64,000 bases of DNA from Octopus bimaculoides (GCF_001194135.2 NC_068982.1:117627210-117691209), one strand, 5' to 3'. Shown: positions 39,204 to 52,600, counted from the first letter of the stretch. The notes: generated from the sequence alone by a model not told the origin. Numbers and translations: made by a program.

Positions 39204-41057
39204 GGTTATGTCTGCAAATGTAGACATATACATATACACTTATATAGATATCTAGATATGTGTATGTATCCATGTACATGATTTTACTAATGTTGTGTAA
39301 AAAAATCACAACACCAAATCTTATATACACGTTCATATAATTAAATACATTTTGTACACCCGTTTACATAGATCATTTATTAAGAGAGTAGAGAGCCAGA
39401 AAAATAAATCTAGTAGCGTATCCTACATTTGCGTCGCAAACAAGTATACATACAATGAAATATGATATATAGGCTTTCAATGAATCACTTCGCGTTTATT
39501 CCCGAAGTGGGAATCAGAATACAAAGGATTGATTACTAGTAATAATTTCAAACGGGTCAATAACATTTGACTGTGTGTCAAAATTTATAATATCCCATTA
39601 GCTTATAAGTCATATGTCGGTCATTATTTGATTTGCGGTCAGTATGTATATCATGTGTGTTTCAAATCACATAAGTGATGGACTCTATATTGTTGGCTCT
39701 TGTAGTAGTTTTTCGACTTAGCAGTAGTGGTGTTGTTGGTGGTTAATTCTTGTCCAAAACTTATTCGAGTGGACGTTATAATCGACATTTTACTATCTTT
39801 CGATTTAGTTATATTGAAAAAATTCAAATCAGATACTGCATTATCGGTTGTAGCCTTGCCTATTCAAAGCATGGAAGGGGAGTTTCACGATGACTTAGAT
39901 GTTATTTCTAGTAATGTGTTTGATTATCAAGTAGAAAATGTCCTCATCTGTTTAGCGGAATATGGAATCATTATTAAAAATGGACGCATTTTTTTGTATT
40001 CTTCACCTAAGCAATGTAATAATGCTAATATTTTGAGGTTTCTTGCGCTGAACTTGAATATGTCTAGTCTCCTGGAGTAAGTTATACCTTTATATCGATG
40101 TGAGCATGTTCAGTAGTTTTTTAGAATTGCAGAGAGCAAAACTAACGCTAGATAACAAATTTCATGTAGTTTGCATAACGTTAACCATAGACGTGCGTGA
40201 ATTGCTTACAGTTTCTATATATTCCAGTGAATATTAACATCCTTTACGTAGAGTAGACTGTAATTTTAGAAAGGTACAACTCACCGTATTCTAGTCCTGA
40301 CATTCAGAAATAGGTTGCATAGAGCAGCAATGTAATGAGGGAGATTATTTCTTGAAAACGTATTTAAGATTTGGTTTTAAGAAGGTGTGTATATTTCATA
40401 TACCAACGATAAAGCCTACTAGCAATTCTCTCTTGACACATAAAATATATTTCTAGAAAAAGAAATTGTGGCTAATTTGTGTTATTGACAAACAACCAAA
40501 ATGACAGCACAACCTTTTAGCAATTCCTCACTTTCATACGAACAGCAAGTACACGTCTCTTTAAACGCCTCACATCTCACGCCACTTGAACTGGACGCTT
40601 TGACTTAGACATGGACAACTAAGCTATTGCTTAGTTTAACATTGCCTTCTATCATATAAACAGAAGCGTGCATATATTTACCTCTTCCACTGTATGCTAC
40701 GTTAAAATGTCTGAAGATAACTATTTAGCCAAAAGGTTAAAATAGTATCACCTATGCCATTGTATGTGATACACTTATTGATTTCAATCTAGGATATAAG
40801 AATATCAGCTGCTTTCCTACTAGTCATTCGCAAGAACCTATAATTTCTTGTTACATATGTCACTGCAAAATTTTACTCTTTGGTAACCTTTTCAAAGTCA
40901 ATTTTATTTATGATTGCAAAGGATACGTATCTCTCGCTGTTAGCAATACTATATAAATAGAAAATATTATATTAAAGAATGTAGGTGCCTGAAATCTAAA
41001 CAAATATTGATGAAATTGATAAAATTGTTAATCGTTATGAGGCTAGACTTAGTTGGG

Positions 41058-41115
<58 letters not shown>

Positions 41116-41530
41116 GCACACATACACATACACACACACACGCACACGCACACGCACACACACACATACACACACACGCACACACACATATATATATATA
41201 TTCTCATTGCAGAATATTGAACTGCAAAAACTGAGAAAGTCTTTCCTAATTTATATGTTTTCAGGGTACGTTTTTCGTTTACTAAAAGCAGTAATATCAT
41301 ACCCGTATCCGTATTTTCAAATGAATAATCATCTGTCTCGGGAATACATATAATAATGAAATAAATATGGAGTAATCTAATTATGTGACTATACACAGCA
41401 AGCATTCCTGTGTAAATAATATTTTCCTTGAAAGCTCACGCTATAATTTGCAGAGAATTACAGAAATGTGTTAATGATATTTATTTAAGTGGGATGAGAC
41501 TAAATACTAAATATCGTTTTCAAATCTTAG

Positions 41531-41709
41531 CAAAAGGCCTGCAATCTCGGAGAAGATCGTTCAGTACCCAGGTGGTACTTATTTGAAACACCTGCACAGA
41601 TGGACGGCAAAGTCGACCTCGGCAGAATTTGAACTCAAAACGTAAAGATGGATGAACCGCCGCTAAGCGTTTTACCTGGCGCTCTAGCGATTCTGCCACC
41701 TCGTCGCCT
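41531..41709 (-). mobile_element. tRNA-derived SINE (23186 family)
   Basis: AAAGTCGACCTCGGCAGAATTTGAACTCA.AACGTAAAGA...CCGCTAAGC...GATTCTGCCA.CTCG.CGCCT. Confidence 0.8.
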
Positions 41710-42762
41710 ACATGGGACCAAGCATCAATATATTATAGACTCGACAGGAAACTCATTATGTATATGACCAATTCTAATATCAACATTATTTTTTCTCTAG
41801 CATGATTACTGACCGTCGTAATTCGACAGATTCCGATTTTCTTTCGAATGTAAATTTTCTTTGTTATCTTGACACCACTAAAAGCTGACCAGACCTAAGA
41901 AAGAGTGATATTTTCGAAGTCTGATAAGCGGGACCCATTTAAAATTTCTTGTCTTTTCACAGATCAGATACGAACGTTGATATAGCTCAATGGGTAAGCT
42001 GGAGAGCTGATCTCTAGCTTTTATGAAATCTGAGACTCGGGTTGTTGTGGTTCCAAGAGAACTGTTTTAAATCTTATGTTACATTGTGAAATTCTTCATG
42101 CGCTACCCTGATATAATGGAAGAAAATTAGGGAATGATAGTTTCTAATCTTGGTGACTGATTGGAGCAAATAATTTGGTGCCCGTAACAAACAATACACA
42201 CAGCTCAAAATATTGTTTTCTGGTTTATCTTGAAATTCGTTCAACTTCACGTATATCAGAACTGTGAGATCTGAATTTGCATATTTTCCAGGCAGGTAAC
42301 ATTAATAAAGAGGGACAGAAGGCTAATGTTTGCACTTGTAAAAAATATTTAGATTTATTGAACGTAGGTGTGCCTTGACAATTGTCTTATAGCCACTCTG
42401 ACATCTTTATTTATTTCAAAAGTGATAGAAGACTTGCATCTTAGAAGATCATAGTTGAGCTGTAACTTATTGACGGAGCCCGAAGATTTAAAACACCTTA
42501 AATAGACCCTGTTTGATGATGTTTTTGTGATTCCAGTGCTCAGAATATAGAGCTTTGGTCGAAAAAATACATTAGTGATATAGCAGCGATTTATATAGAA
42601 TATATAGATAATTTCATAAATATATGATAAAGTTATTTTTATGAAAATATTACTTATCCGGATAAGGTTATATGTATATATTATGACTTAGATTACTGTT
42701 CAAGGTTTCGCTGTTTCATAATTAAACTAAAAATTGTAATTGAACATTGTTTCCGTATACCA

Positions 42763-44245
42763 TCATGATCGATAACTTTGTTCCTTGGTGTTACCAGGGG
42801 ACACTGAATCGCATACAAAAGAAGAGTGAGACGGTTTGTTCGATATCATCTGGCTGAAGAATTCCCCTTTTACCTCATTACGGTAAGTCGTCCTAGGAGC
42901 GTTAGCCCTGACGAGTAAAGCGATTGTTTTAGGCTTGTCAACATGTGCTTTATATGGGTGTTGAGAAATGTCATGTTTCAGTTGTGATTTGCAAAGCCGA
43001 ATCCTGAGGTTTTGTTTTCTGGTCGGCCGCTCTAAAATAATTTGTGAATTCTTCTCTATTTCGATTTCAGGATAATTCAGTGAACATATTGTTTTATTCA
43101 TTATTGTAGTGTCACTTTCCATCTTTTATTAGAGATGAGCATCGTTGCTGGTTATTCTGGTTGTTGTATAGTGTTACATTGCTCTATGCTGCTCTTCTTC
43201 TTTGAGGGTTTTTTACGTATAAATATAGTTCTATTTAACCGACCGTAGTATTGCGTCATCAGGTTGTTCTCTTTACCGAGCATAAATAAATGGAAAGATG
43301 ATTTGAGGGACTTTCTCATCTCCCACTTGGGGCAAATCAAACCTAATGCATTGTGCTACATCATTACTCGAGAAACACACTAACTAATTTCAATGCTAAA
43401 ACTTGACTTTTAAACTACCGAAATCTTTCCATGCAGATTCACGGTTTGATATCTGCAGTAACCTCCTCCCCTCTACACTTCTGTTCCTCGTCATTTACCT
43501 CTTTAATAAGATATGTTAGAAAGAGAAAATACGTTATAGTAGGCGAAAGGGGGCTGTGCGAGGTCGTCACTATTCTCCTTCCATTCAATCATTAGCGACT
43601 CCATGCATGTAGAAGGAAAAATTACAGTATGCAGATTACTTAAATTCTACACGTTTCGAATCACGATGCTTCCATATATTACAAGACAGGAAATATCTTA
43701 CAGGGGTGCCACAGATTTCTTATTCTTAAACGAAATACTTCATAGTTTCAAGTGTTTCTTTTTATCAAATATAAAAGTTTAGTAAAACTTAGTTTTCCTA
43801 GTCTGAATTGGTCAGTTGACATCCAATTGTTATTTGATCATCATAACAGAAAAAGAGTTTGTCGCAATAAAATCTATTCCCACCTCAAAATAAAACGTTA
43901 TACGTAGTGTTTTTCAAAACATAAGTTCTAAAATATCGCAACATTTTTTCTTTTGCGGGACTCCTCTATAAAATTCCTCTGGAAACTCTCTATCAATGAC
44001 GTAATATATTTCATTATATAAGTGATGAGGTGTTAGAATCTCCAGTGCTTTGGTTAATCAGTAGAATATTCTTTCAGGAACTTTTTCTCATCCTCGCTAA
44101 TGAATATTTCGATATACGTAAGGGAAACTAGAATATTTCCGAGGGAAATAAATACACTGAATGAAACTTTCACTGAGAGATATATTAAGAGTAAATATTT
44201 GTGTGTGCGTTTAATGAGAGATACTATTTTACTAATATTAGCCAT
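42763..44245 (-). pseudogene. Unidentified decayed intronless reading frame
   Basis: Several short minus-strand ORFs in series (44054-44245, 43152-43340, 42763-43122) plus protein-like stretches between them in shifting frames. No confident family assignment. Confidence 0.25.
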
Positions 44246-44789
44246 GAACTCACCATGTTATGCTCAACCAACGATGTAATAACACATATTAGTAATCTGT
44301 TGTCAAGGTGTTAAACCGTTATCAGTTGAAACAGCGCCAACTTGAAGTAATGTTTACGATAGTTTGTTACAAAAATACTTTCCGGCAAATTCTCTCCGTT
44401 TAGTTTAAATGTTGGCATTAATAATAGCAGCCAAAATTATTTCCTTCTTTCGACACAAACACAAATACACACTGATCAGAAAAAACCTTGCATTTAACAC
44501 ATTCATTGACTAATAACTGTTGACTTATCACCTTAACACATTACTGTGTTCACGTTGCAATCGCTTCGGGGAAGAGCAATTAAGTTTCATTATATTTTGA
44601 GTGTTTCTATGGAGCGATATCATTCTTGGTCGTTATAGAAATTGAAGCAAGTAAGAGCAAGCTTTGTGAGTTTAATACAGCCAACTTGAATTTTATTACT
44701 TCAGGTAATTGACCCAAAAGAATGGCTGGAATTCCTAGTGAGAGGCGATTTAGACAAAGGGAGTTGTATTTATTACTAATATTGAATAG

Positions 44790-45300
44790 AATATTTTTTG
44801 TATGACCTAATCAGGAGGACCAGACAGTTCCCATTACCATGACTAGAAATTCGACACTCGTGAGGTCGATGGTGCTGTCTACAATGAAGTAAGATGCCTT
44901 TAGCGGAAAAAGAATCTCATTGCGCCTACATTTTCTAATGTAAGGGATGCAAACCGTGTAGCTGTTGCATGTTTCACGAAACTGTTGGAAGACAGGTGTT
45001 GAAGTACTACATAAGTAGCTAGTCTTGAAGAGATGTTCACATCTACGTGTAAACCTCTTTGGCGTTTTGGTTTTAACGGTATTGGCTATGTAAATTTTCG
45101 GTAGGTTCCAACTTATGCCTATCAGACGATGACAGAAATGAAATAAGGAAAGCATTCTAGTGAAGAAATGACACGCACGTTGTTTAATAATTTTATTGGG
45201 GATATCCTGAATAAGATACGCATAACATTTGCGAATCGGTTGAAATTTCCCTTTTCGCTGAAGAACGAAATCTGGCGTTCATTGTCAGTGACTTTTTCAG
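44790..45300 (-). mobile_element. hAT-superfamily transposase fragment (ZNF862-like, TTF-type finger remnant)
   Basis: ORF 44811-45155 EHLFKTSYL...CIPYIRKCRRNEILFPLKASYFIVDSTIDLTSVEFLVMV matches the first catalytic-D region of hAT (I..EIL..L..S.F.(I/L).DS..D.S..EQ). Upstream QMLC..YSGYP...SSDRH resembles a TTF zinc finger. No TIRs found. Confidence 0.45.
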
Positions 45301-46008
45301 TGAAAGGAAATAATTTTAATGATTGTAAGAATTGATTTCATAAAAATATTAATATAAAATCTCAACGGGAAACACAACAGATGTTCTGCGGTAGCATACA
45401 GAATTGGATGTTGTAATCGCACATGAGTTTTTCAACCGTGCGTACTGGGCTTTGTCATCATAATCTACGCAAGCCTGTTTGATTACGTTTCGAAAGATTT
45501 TAGATTTAGAAGAATTACGAAGAAACGTAGCCTATAGTAAATCCTTTAAAAAATAAAACGAGCGAAGAGGAATAATGCAACAGAGATGTAATATGTATTT
45601 AAGAAAAAAATTAAATGCACTGAATGGCGTATCGAAATCCTAATTAGTTGTAATCTCATTGGAATATCTTTTGCTGAGGAGCGAAAATAAACTGGTGGAA
45701 AGTGGTGCATCGATCAAGCGGCGAATGTTCTACACATCGTAAAGAAGTTTGTGATGAGAATAAATTGAATAATGTTTAAAATTCCAGTGGACAAATGATA
45801 TAAATATTGTAAGTGATAAGGGTTGATATAAAAATGCTAACTCTTATTGTTTTGAAGGTGCCTACCCCTTATCTTTGAGAATCACTAACAATTTACCGCT
45901 AGGTGTCCGTATGTTGCCTGCAGTGAAAGGGTAATATCACTTTCAGTACAATACCTCTTACTTTATTTCACGTGAATAAATGGGAACATAGTCTTTCATT
46001 GTTAACTA

Positions 46009-48140
46009 CATTGGTTTACAATTCTTTGCTTGGGGTGGGGATGGAGGTTTAGGCAAGAATATAAATAGGTGTTTTTCTTACTAATCTTGATGATGTCAAT
46101 TCAATTTTCTGATCAGTTTTCCTCTATCACATCTAGATTTTGTTTTTGCTTTCACAAATCACGTTATAAATGTACTACATATAAACTCAAAATATAATGT
46201 GGTTATTGAATCTGTTACAATAGCATATTACAGAAAAGAAAACATAGATACGGAACATTGACGGAAATATGTTACTTTGCTAATACAATATTCAAAAATC
46301 ATAGTAAAGCAGTTAGAAGTGAGTTGTTTTCCACGATCTTTTGTACCTGCCTGCGGGATGTCACGCAAGAGCATCCAGCAAAAGTCCTCCATCTTGCTGG
46401 AGTTCAACTTGCCTTGGTAGTTGCTCTCCATCTTAGCAATATTTTGGTATAACATTTCTCTATGCTCATCACTCACTGCTCCGAGCTTCGGTGGAGGAAG
46501 ATGAGGTGGGAGAGAAGAAAATAAATTTAGAGTTGCATTCGGCGACCCATATTCTGATAAGACTGTAATAACTTCTCGATACATTCTTGGTAATCTAGTA
46601 TCCATGTGTTACCAAAGAAACCATGGTAGACTGACGTAATTGATTCCCATGTCCTCAGTCCCTTTAATGCAAGAAGCTCCTGAAAGTCCTTATCCTTCAG
46701 TACCTCTCGAATCTGCTTAGCAGAACTAAGAGCTGGGAACAGAGTGCACAAATGTTGGAAGGTAGCACCATTTTTGTCCATGGCCTTCACGAAATTGTTC
46801 ATTAAACTCTGCTTCATATGCAGAGGAAGAAGAAACACCTTCTTCATGTCCACCAGATGATTTTTCTGGACATTGTGTTCACCAGGCACAAAAGTGCTCC
46901 TAGATCCGCCCCACCAAGCCTTCTGCTTGTAGTGCTTGGATACGGCCCGACTGTCCCAGAGAGAGGAAAACGAACAATAGTTTGTGAAGCCCGCTTGTGT
47001 ACCCATAACGGAGGCCAATGACCTTGAGGTCCCCGCAAAAACTCCACTGGTACTGGTTGTACATGACAGCTTCCAAAAAGAGTTTCATATAGTCATAAAG
47101 TTCCTTCCGATGGACCGAGTAGGCAATAGGAATGCTCGAGTATTTATTCCCATTATGCAGAAGTGCAGCCTTCACACTTCGCTTGGAATAGTCTATGAAA
47201 AGAATCCAGTCTGAGGGACTGTATGGGAAACCAAGGAAGGTGAACATATGTGCAGCAACACAACCTGTTTTCCATGTCGAAGAATGAAACAAAGTCCTGG
47301 TTCCGTGTCCTGAATCTGGTGATCCTTGCATCTGCTATGGCCAGGTTGCACTACTTGCACAGATACAAATCATGGCAATGTCATTCAGGTCATCCTGCGT
47401 GATCCGGTGGGGCTCATTGCCACTTGCTCCTGAATAAACAGAGACGTTGTTTCAGAAGAGAACAACTCTGGCAGAATCTTTCCTGAAGGCATTCATTCAT
47501 CTGATGTAGGAAGAAGATCCTTATTTGCTGGGGGTGTAGGCACAGATATATCACTTGAGGGAAGGTTGGAATACTTAATCTATTTTCTAGAAGACACATT
47601 GAAACTCTTATATTTGTTAGACAAAAATAACAACCATTTGCATGTCTTCGTGACTCTCTCCAGACCATCGGGACAGCAAAGTTAAAGGCTGACTTTTTTG
47701 CAGTTAAACCATGCAGTTAGTCCGCCTTAGCAGGATTTACGACAGCTGTGTGGGGACCAGTATTGTCCTGATCTCCAATTTTACAGTGAAAATAATGAAA
47801 GTAAGCAGTTCGCAGGAGCGAAGTAATTGTTCAGCGTTGTGCAACTGTCGTGAAATCTCCCCATGCGTAGCAGAATGAATTTGCCTTTTTGATGCATCCT
47901 CGATGTTTTGAAGTGTCTGAAGTGTAGAGATACATATCATATGTATAACAAAAATCTGGAAAACAAAATAAAAATTGATCATATATATATATGGTGAATT
48001 GTTGCAAAATCATAATAATGTATATCTCAAAAACTGGAGGTGATGAATGAAAACTGGTTTTGCATAACTGAAATCAGCACCCCAAAATTTGTCTAGAACA
48101 GCTTTCTTTATGCTTGCCTCATATTCTCTGTAAACCAGTG
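46009..48140 (-). mobile_element. Complete but defective Chapaev3-like (CMC) DNA transposon, 2132 bp
   Basis: Termini CATTGGTTTACA (46009) and TGTAAACCAGTG (48140), a 3-bp TSD CTA on both sides (46006-46008, 48141-48143), longer degenerate subterminal inverted similarity, and an internal transposase. Confidence 0.85.
46270..47910 (-). pseudogene. Chapaev3-type transposase pseudogene (at least four frameshifted segments)
   Basis: NSFCYAWG...KIGDQD...PH...MVWRESRRHANGCYFC (Chapa zinc finger); WILFIDYSKRSVKAALLHNGN; CGDLKV; LWDSRA; LPLHMKQSLMNNFVKA; KLGAVSDEHREMLYQNI..ME..YQG.....MEDFCWML. Confidence 0.85.
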
Positions 48141-48504
48141 CTATCTTTCAATTGTCTATGCTTCCACTACATAAGTTGGTGAAAGTTTGAGAAGTAACTA
48201 GATCAGTTTTGATAATCTTTTCCTTAGACGGTGGTTGGACAATCAACGTTTTGTGGAAATAATAGTTTGAAGGATGCTATTGCTGCTCCTAAACAAGATC
48301 ATGTAACTGTGCACTGTCAATTAGAACTACGGGGAAGCAATACTAGCACATGTTGTAGAACGATGTCAAGGTCAGCTATTAGACCAAAAGACAACTTTTC
48401 CAATTCCAACAACGCAGTGAAGAATTATATGTTTACAAACTTTAAACTGATATGGAATGAAATATTTATTTCTACTGTTGGCATAAGTCCTAAATATTTT
48501 GGTG

Positions 48505-48687
48505 AATGAAGGGGAGGCTAGTCGATTATATCGACACCAGTGCAAAACAGCTACTTCTTTCATCGACACCGAAAGGGTAAAAGGCAAAGGAGACCTTGGC
48601 AGAAGTTGAACTCGGGACGAAAAGATCGATGAAATGCCGCCAGACATTTTGTGCGGTGTGCTATCGATCCTACCAGCGTGCCACCTG
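48505..48687 (-). mobile_element. tRNA-derived SINE (23186 family)
   Basis: GGCTAGTCGATTA.ATCGAC.CCAG...ATCGACACCGAAAGG.TAAAAGGCAAAG...TTGAACTC...GCCACCT. Confidence 0.8.
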
Positions 48688-49529
48688 ATATGAAATGTAA
48701 TATTCGAATATATTTACTCATATTTGCCTTTTGTTTTAATTTTGTCAACGTGTGACAAATTAAGGAATAGTTGCAACCGTCTGTCACGATTCCAGAATTT
48801 CAATACTTTCCTTATAAACATAATCTGATTTTTTGTGTAATCCGATTCAATTGATCATGTTGATTTCGATGAACAGATCAGAAACGTTACATTTTGTTAA
48901 ATATACTTCAATATCTGTGAAAATTCAATTTCAGAACATAAAATGTATTATTACAAGTGAATCAGAAATCGATCCACTGAATGCTCATTCATCAAGCAGT
49001 ATGACACTCACTTAATTGGAAAATACTGAGTAGTAGTGCAGACTAATATGACACTTCAGCAAATTATTTGAGCAAAATCCATTTCTTCTTGATTAAAAAC
49101 CTACACCCAATAAACAAAACTGAATATATCACGCAACAGCGTAAGACATTATAACAGATACTAAAAATGAAAGAAAAACATGGACAAATTGGTTGAAGGA
49201 ATGTTATTCATATACATAAATTTAGTCTTGGTTTCGGATACTTTATTAGATAATATATCAATCGAATATTTCATAGGAAGAAGCTAAATAATTACAAATG
49301 GCAGGTAATGCAATTTGCTTAAGAGACCTGCGAAACTAGAGGAAAAATGTATTATTAGATTGCAGAAATAATGTGAAAAGTTCAGAGGTACTAAAATAGT
49401 TATGTTGTTATTTACAGAAAACTAATGCACAAATATTTATAAACATATAGCTAATGCATATATGCCACAAGAGTTACTTTTTAATTAGATGACGAAAAGA
49501 TATGGCTATTTTTTTATAGATTATTTGAC

Positions 49530-50200
49530 TGGTATCAAGATAGGAGCAGTCTATCCTGTGACAAGGGATTGTCATAAATAGCTGCTCTACTTTGTGCCTC
49601 CTGTCGCAATGTGGGTTCATCTGGTATCTCAAAAAATACCTCTAAAATGCACTTTCAAGACTTCCATATCAGCACCTCGCAAAACCTGAGGTTGTTTGAC
49701 AGAATGTTGAATATTTCATGACCCTCGAAACACAAGTTGTTACAATACTGGCCCCTTATTCTAGATGGACTAGACTTGATGTTTGGTACAGTGCCATTTA
49801 TTTCTCGGTAGTTAGTGTAGTTTTTCTTTCTAATGTTGCGAACTAGACCTTCCAGGTTCTACGATATGTATATCACTCAATATGATTCACGCCTCCTCTC
49901 GAAATATTAAACTTCAATTCCTTTAACCTCTCCGCCATCTCATCTGTTTCACTGAGGTACATTTCATGTAGTGACGTTGACTTGCCTCAATTGCCGCCAC
50001 ACTTGCGATGACAACACTTGGGAACAATTATCTAGACTACTGAGAAAGAAAGTTCTCTGTAATTTTGGTATTATTTTCCCTGCTCAGCGTTGCCATCTTG
50101 GTAATATCGACAAGGCGGGTACTGAAATTCCAGAGTCAAAGTCGTTGTGTGACCTGAGAATCCACATGATCCTCAGGTACTGAAATTCCAGAATCAAAGA
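49530..50200 (-). mobile_element. CR1-type LINE, decayed ORF2 C-terminal region
   Basis: Translated across frameshifts: RTFFLSSLDNCSQV...IEASQRHY...RLKELK...RRE.Y.VIYI..NLEGLV...VPNIKSSPSRIRGQYCNNLCFEGHEIFNIL...EIPDEPTLRQE...RAA. Confidence 0.7.
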
Positions 50201-50379
50201 AAAAAACCTTACTCTGAAAATATGTTATACATAAAAAATAATGGCACATTGAGACGGAAAAGAAGAAACGTTCCTTCCAGACATACTAAAGATCCAATAC
50301 AATACTGGTTTCAGAAATTACACAACAGAGGGAGCAGACCCCACCTACACACTCTCCAAACGAAAACAAATTAATAGTC

Positions 50380-50720
50380 TGCCAGGACTCTACTAGCCAT
50401 AACACAGCACCTTAAATATAGGAGTATAGAAATACTATAAGTCTACATCCAACTAAGGTCAACTATCACAAACCTAGGCACGTTATGTTGACATATACAG
50501 TATGAAGTAACAATAAAAATATAGAACAGACAATGAGACAACGATACTCGAAAGTTATAAGATATGGTATGCCACAAATATATATCAAGTAAGTAAAATA
50601 TGGTGACATGTCGGATGCAGTTGAGTATTGAGTGTGTATAGTCACAGAAAATGTTCTTTGGAAAATGTTCTGGTTCCATGTGGCGAAAAAAATGGGGAAA
50701 GAATAAGCAGCCAGTGAGCG
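50380..50720 (+). mobile_element. Possible very old CR1/L2 LINE fragment
   Basis: LKYRSIEIL*VYIQLRST....LC*HIQYEVTIKI...DMVCHK weakly resembles I..LE.VQRRAT...L..L.YEERL..L...DMI..YK. Confidence 0.25.
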
Positions 50721-52393
50721 TGCTTAAAGGTTCTATCATTACGAATTTTCAGAATTATAAACTATGCACCGCTTTCAGTTAAATCTTGACTTTCTCTCTG
50801 TACGCAGGAATAACTAGTAGCATTACTGGTTTATTATTGAGCCGTTTTTACATTTGAAGAAAGTATTTAGTAGAATTATTTTTCATAGAGTAGTAGCCGC
50901 TGCTTGAATTCAGTGTTGACCGTTTACCTTAGTGTCAACTTATTAACTGTGTTAAATAAATATAAACATAAAAATTATAGCGAGTTACAAATCTGGAGTT
51001 TGAGCAAATTAAAAGTTGTAGCTAGTCCCGTCATTAGCAGGTACGTAACTAACTCGAATATGTTTCACTTTTATTAAACATTATCTGCAAAGACTAGAAG
51101 TTTTACATGAATTTATCAGATCGTAGAGACCAATATATAATCATATTTAGTGATGTAACACTAACGGGCGGGATAACTCCTCCCTAGTCATAACTTTCTA
51201 TTCAAAAGCCGGTGGACACTAATAACACACAGGTCATTACATTCAATTTTATGCAGGTTTATACAGCTAAGTGTGAGCGTCAGAGTTTCAGACAACATTG
51301 TATAAGATTGTTTCATTGCATTTGACATCGTAGGAATATTCCATTGGAGCTGTATAAAAGTCTGTAATTAAATAGTTGGATGGATCATGTTCATTGCATT
51401 TGTGATGTCTTTGAACGAGTCTCCAGCAACAAATGTTTACATCAGCAACAGGCTTGGCATTAATTTTTAAACAATTTAATCAAAACTTTCTGCTTCGGAA
51501 AGGCTGTAAAAGGATTTTTCAAGGTTATATTTTAATATTTTCCCCTGTGGTGATTGATTAATATTCACATTTCGACACCTACACACGCAGGCACACACCG
51601 AAACATACATATATGCACACACATGTATTCCTAAACAAATTTTTGTAATGCATATACATATATCTATATGTGCATATATATATANNNNNNNNNNNNNNNN
51701 NNNNNNNNNNNNNNNNNNNNNNNNNNNNNNNNNNNNNNNNNNNNNNNNNNNNNNNNNNNNNNNNNNNNNNNNNNNNNNNNNNNNNNNNNNNNNNNNNNNN
51801 NNNNNNNNNNNNNNNNNNNNNNNNNNNNNNNNNNNNNNNNNNNNNNNNNNNNNNNNNNNNNNNNNNNNNNNNNNNNNNNNNNNNNNNNNNNNNNNNNNNN
51901 NNNNNNNNNNNNNNNNNNNNNNNNNNNNNNNNNNNNNNNNNNNNNNNNNNNNNNNNNNNNNNNNNNNNNNNNNNNNNNNNNNNNNNNNNNNNNNNNNNNN
52001 NNNNNNNNNNNNNNNNNNNNNNNNNNNNNNNNNNNNNNNNNNNNNNNNNNNNNNNNNNNNNNNNNNNNNNNNNNNNNNNNNNNNNNNNNNNNNNNNNNNN
52101 NNNNNNNNNNNNNNNNNNNNNNNNNNNNNNNNNNNNNNNNNNNNNNNNNNNNNNNNNNNNNNNNNNNNNNNNNNNNNNNNNNNNNNNNNNNNNNNNNNNN
52201 NNNNNNNNNNNNNNNNNNNNNNNNNNNNNNNNNNNNNNNNNNNNNNNNNNNNNNNNNNNNNNNNNNNNNNNNNNNNNNNNNNNNNNNNNNNNNNNNNNNN
52301 NNNNNNNNNNNNNNNNNNNNNNNNNNNNNNNNNNNNNNNNNNNNNNNNNNNNNNNNNNNNNNNNNNNNNNNNNNNNNNNNNNNNNNNNNNNNN

Positions 52394-52439
<46 letters not shown>

Positions 52440-52441
<2 letters not shown>

Positions 52442-52600
52442 ATACGACGCGCCACTTTGAGTTACCGTTTATCAAATTCTTCCAGAAGACTTTGGTTGGC
52501 CCGAGGCTATGCTATTGTAGAAGACACTTGCCCTAGGTATCTGAACTCGCATCCATATGGTTGGGAAACAAGCTTCTTACCGCAACGCTACGCCTGTTCC
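52440..52600 (-). mobile_element. SINE 5' half (27053 family)
   Basis: Reverse complement TAAGAAGCTTGTTTCCCAACCATATGG...GGGCAAGTGTCTTCTA...GCCTCGGGCCAACCAAAG matches the 27053 head. Confidence 0.75.

Noticed and set aside
39727-40080. 117-aa plus-strand ORF
   Set aside because: No recognisable motif or splice context; the opposite strand looks like decayed LINE sequence but could not be assigned.
43520-43740. Cys-loop receptor-like words (RNLWHP, FPSTCMES, LMIEW)
   Set aside because: Motif spacing does not fit GlyR or nAChR without several deletions, and there is no proper Cys-loop or TM region.
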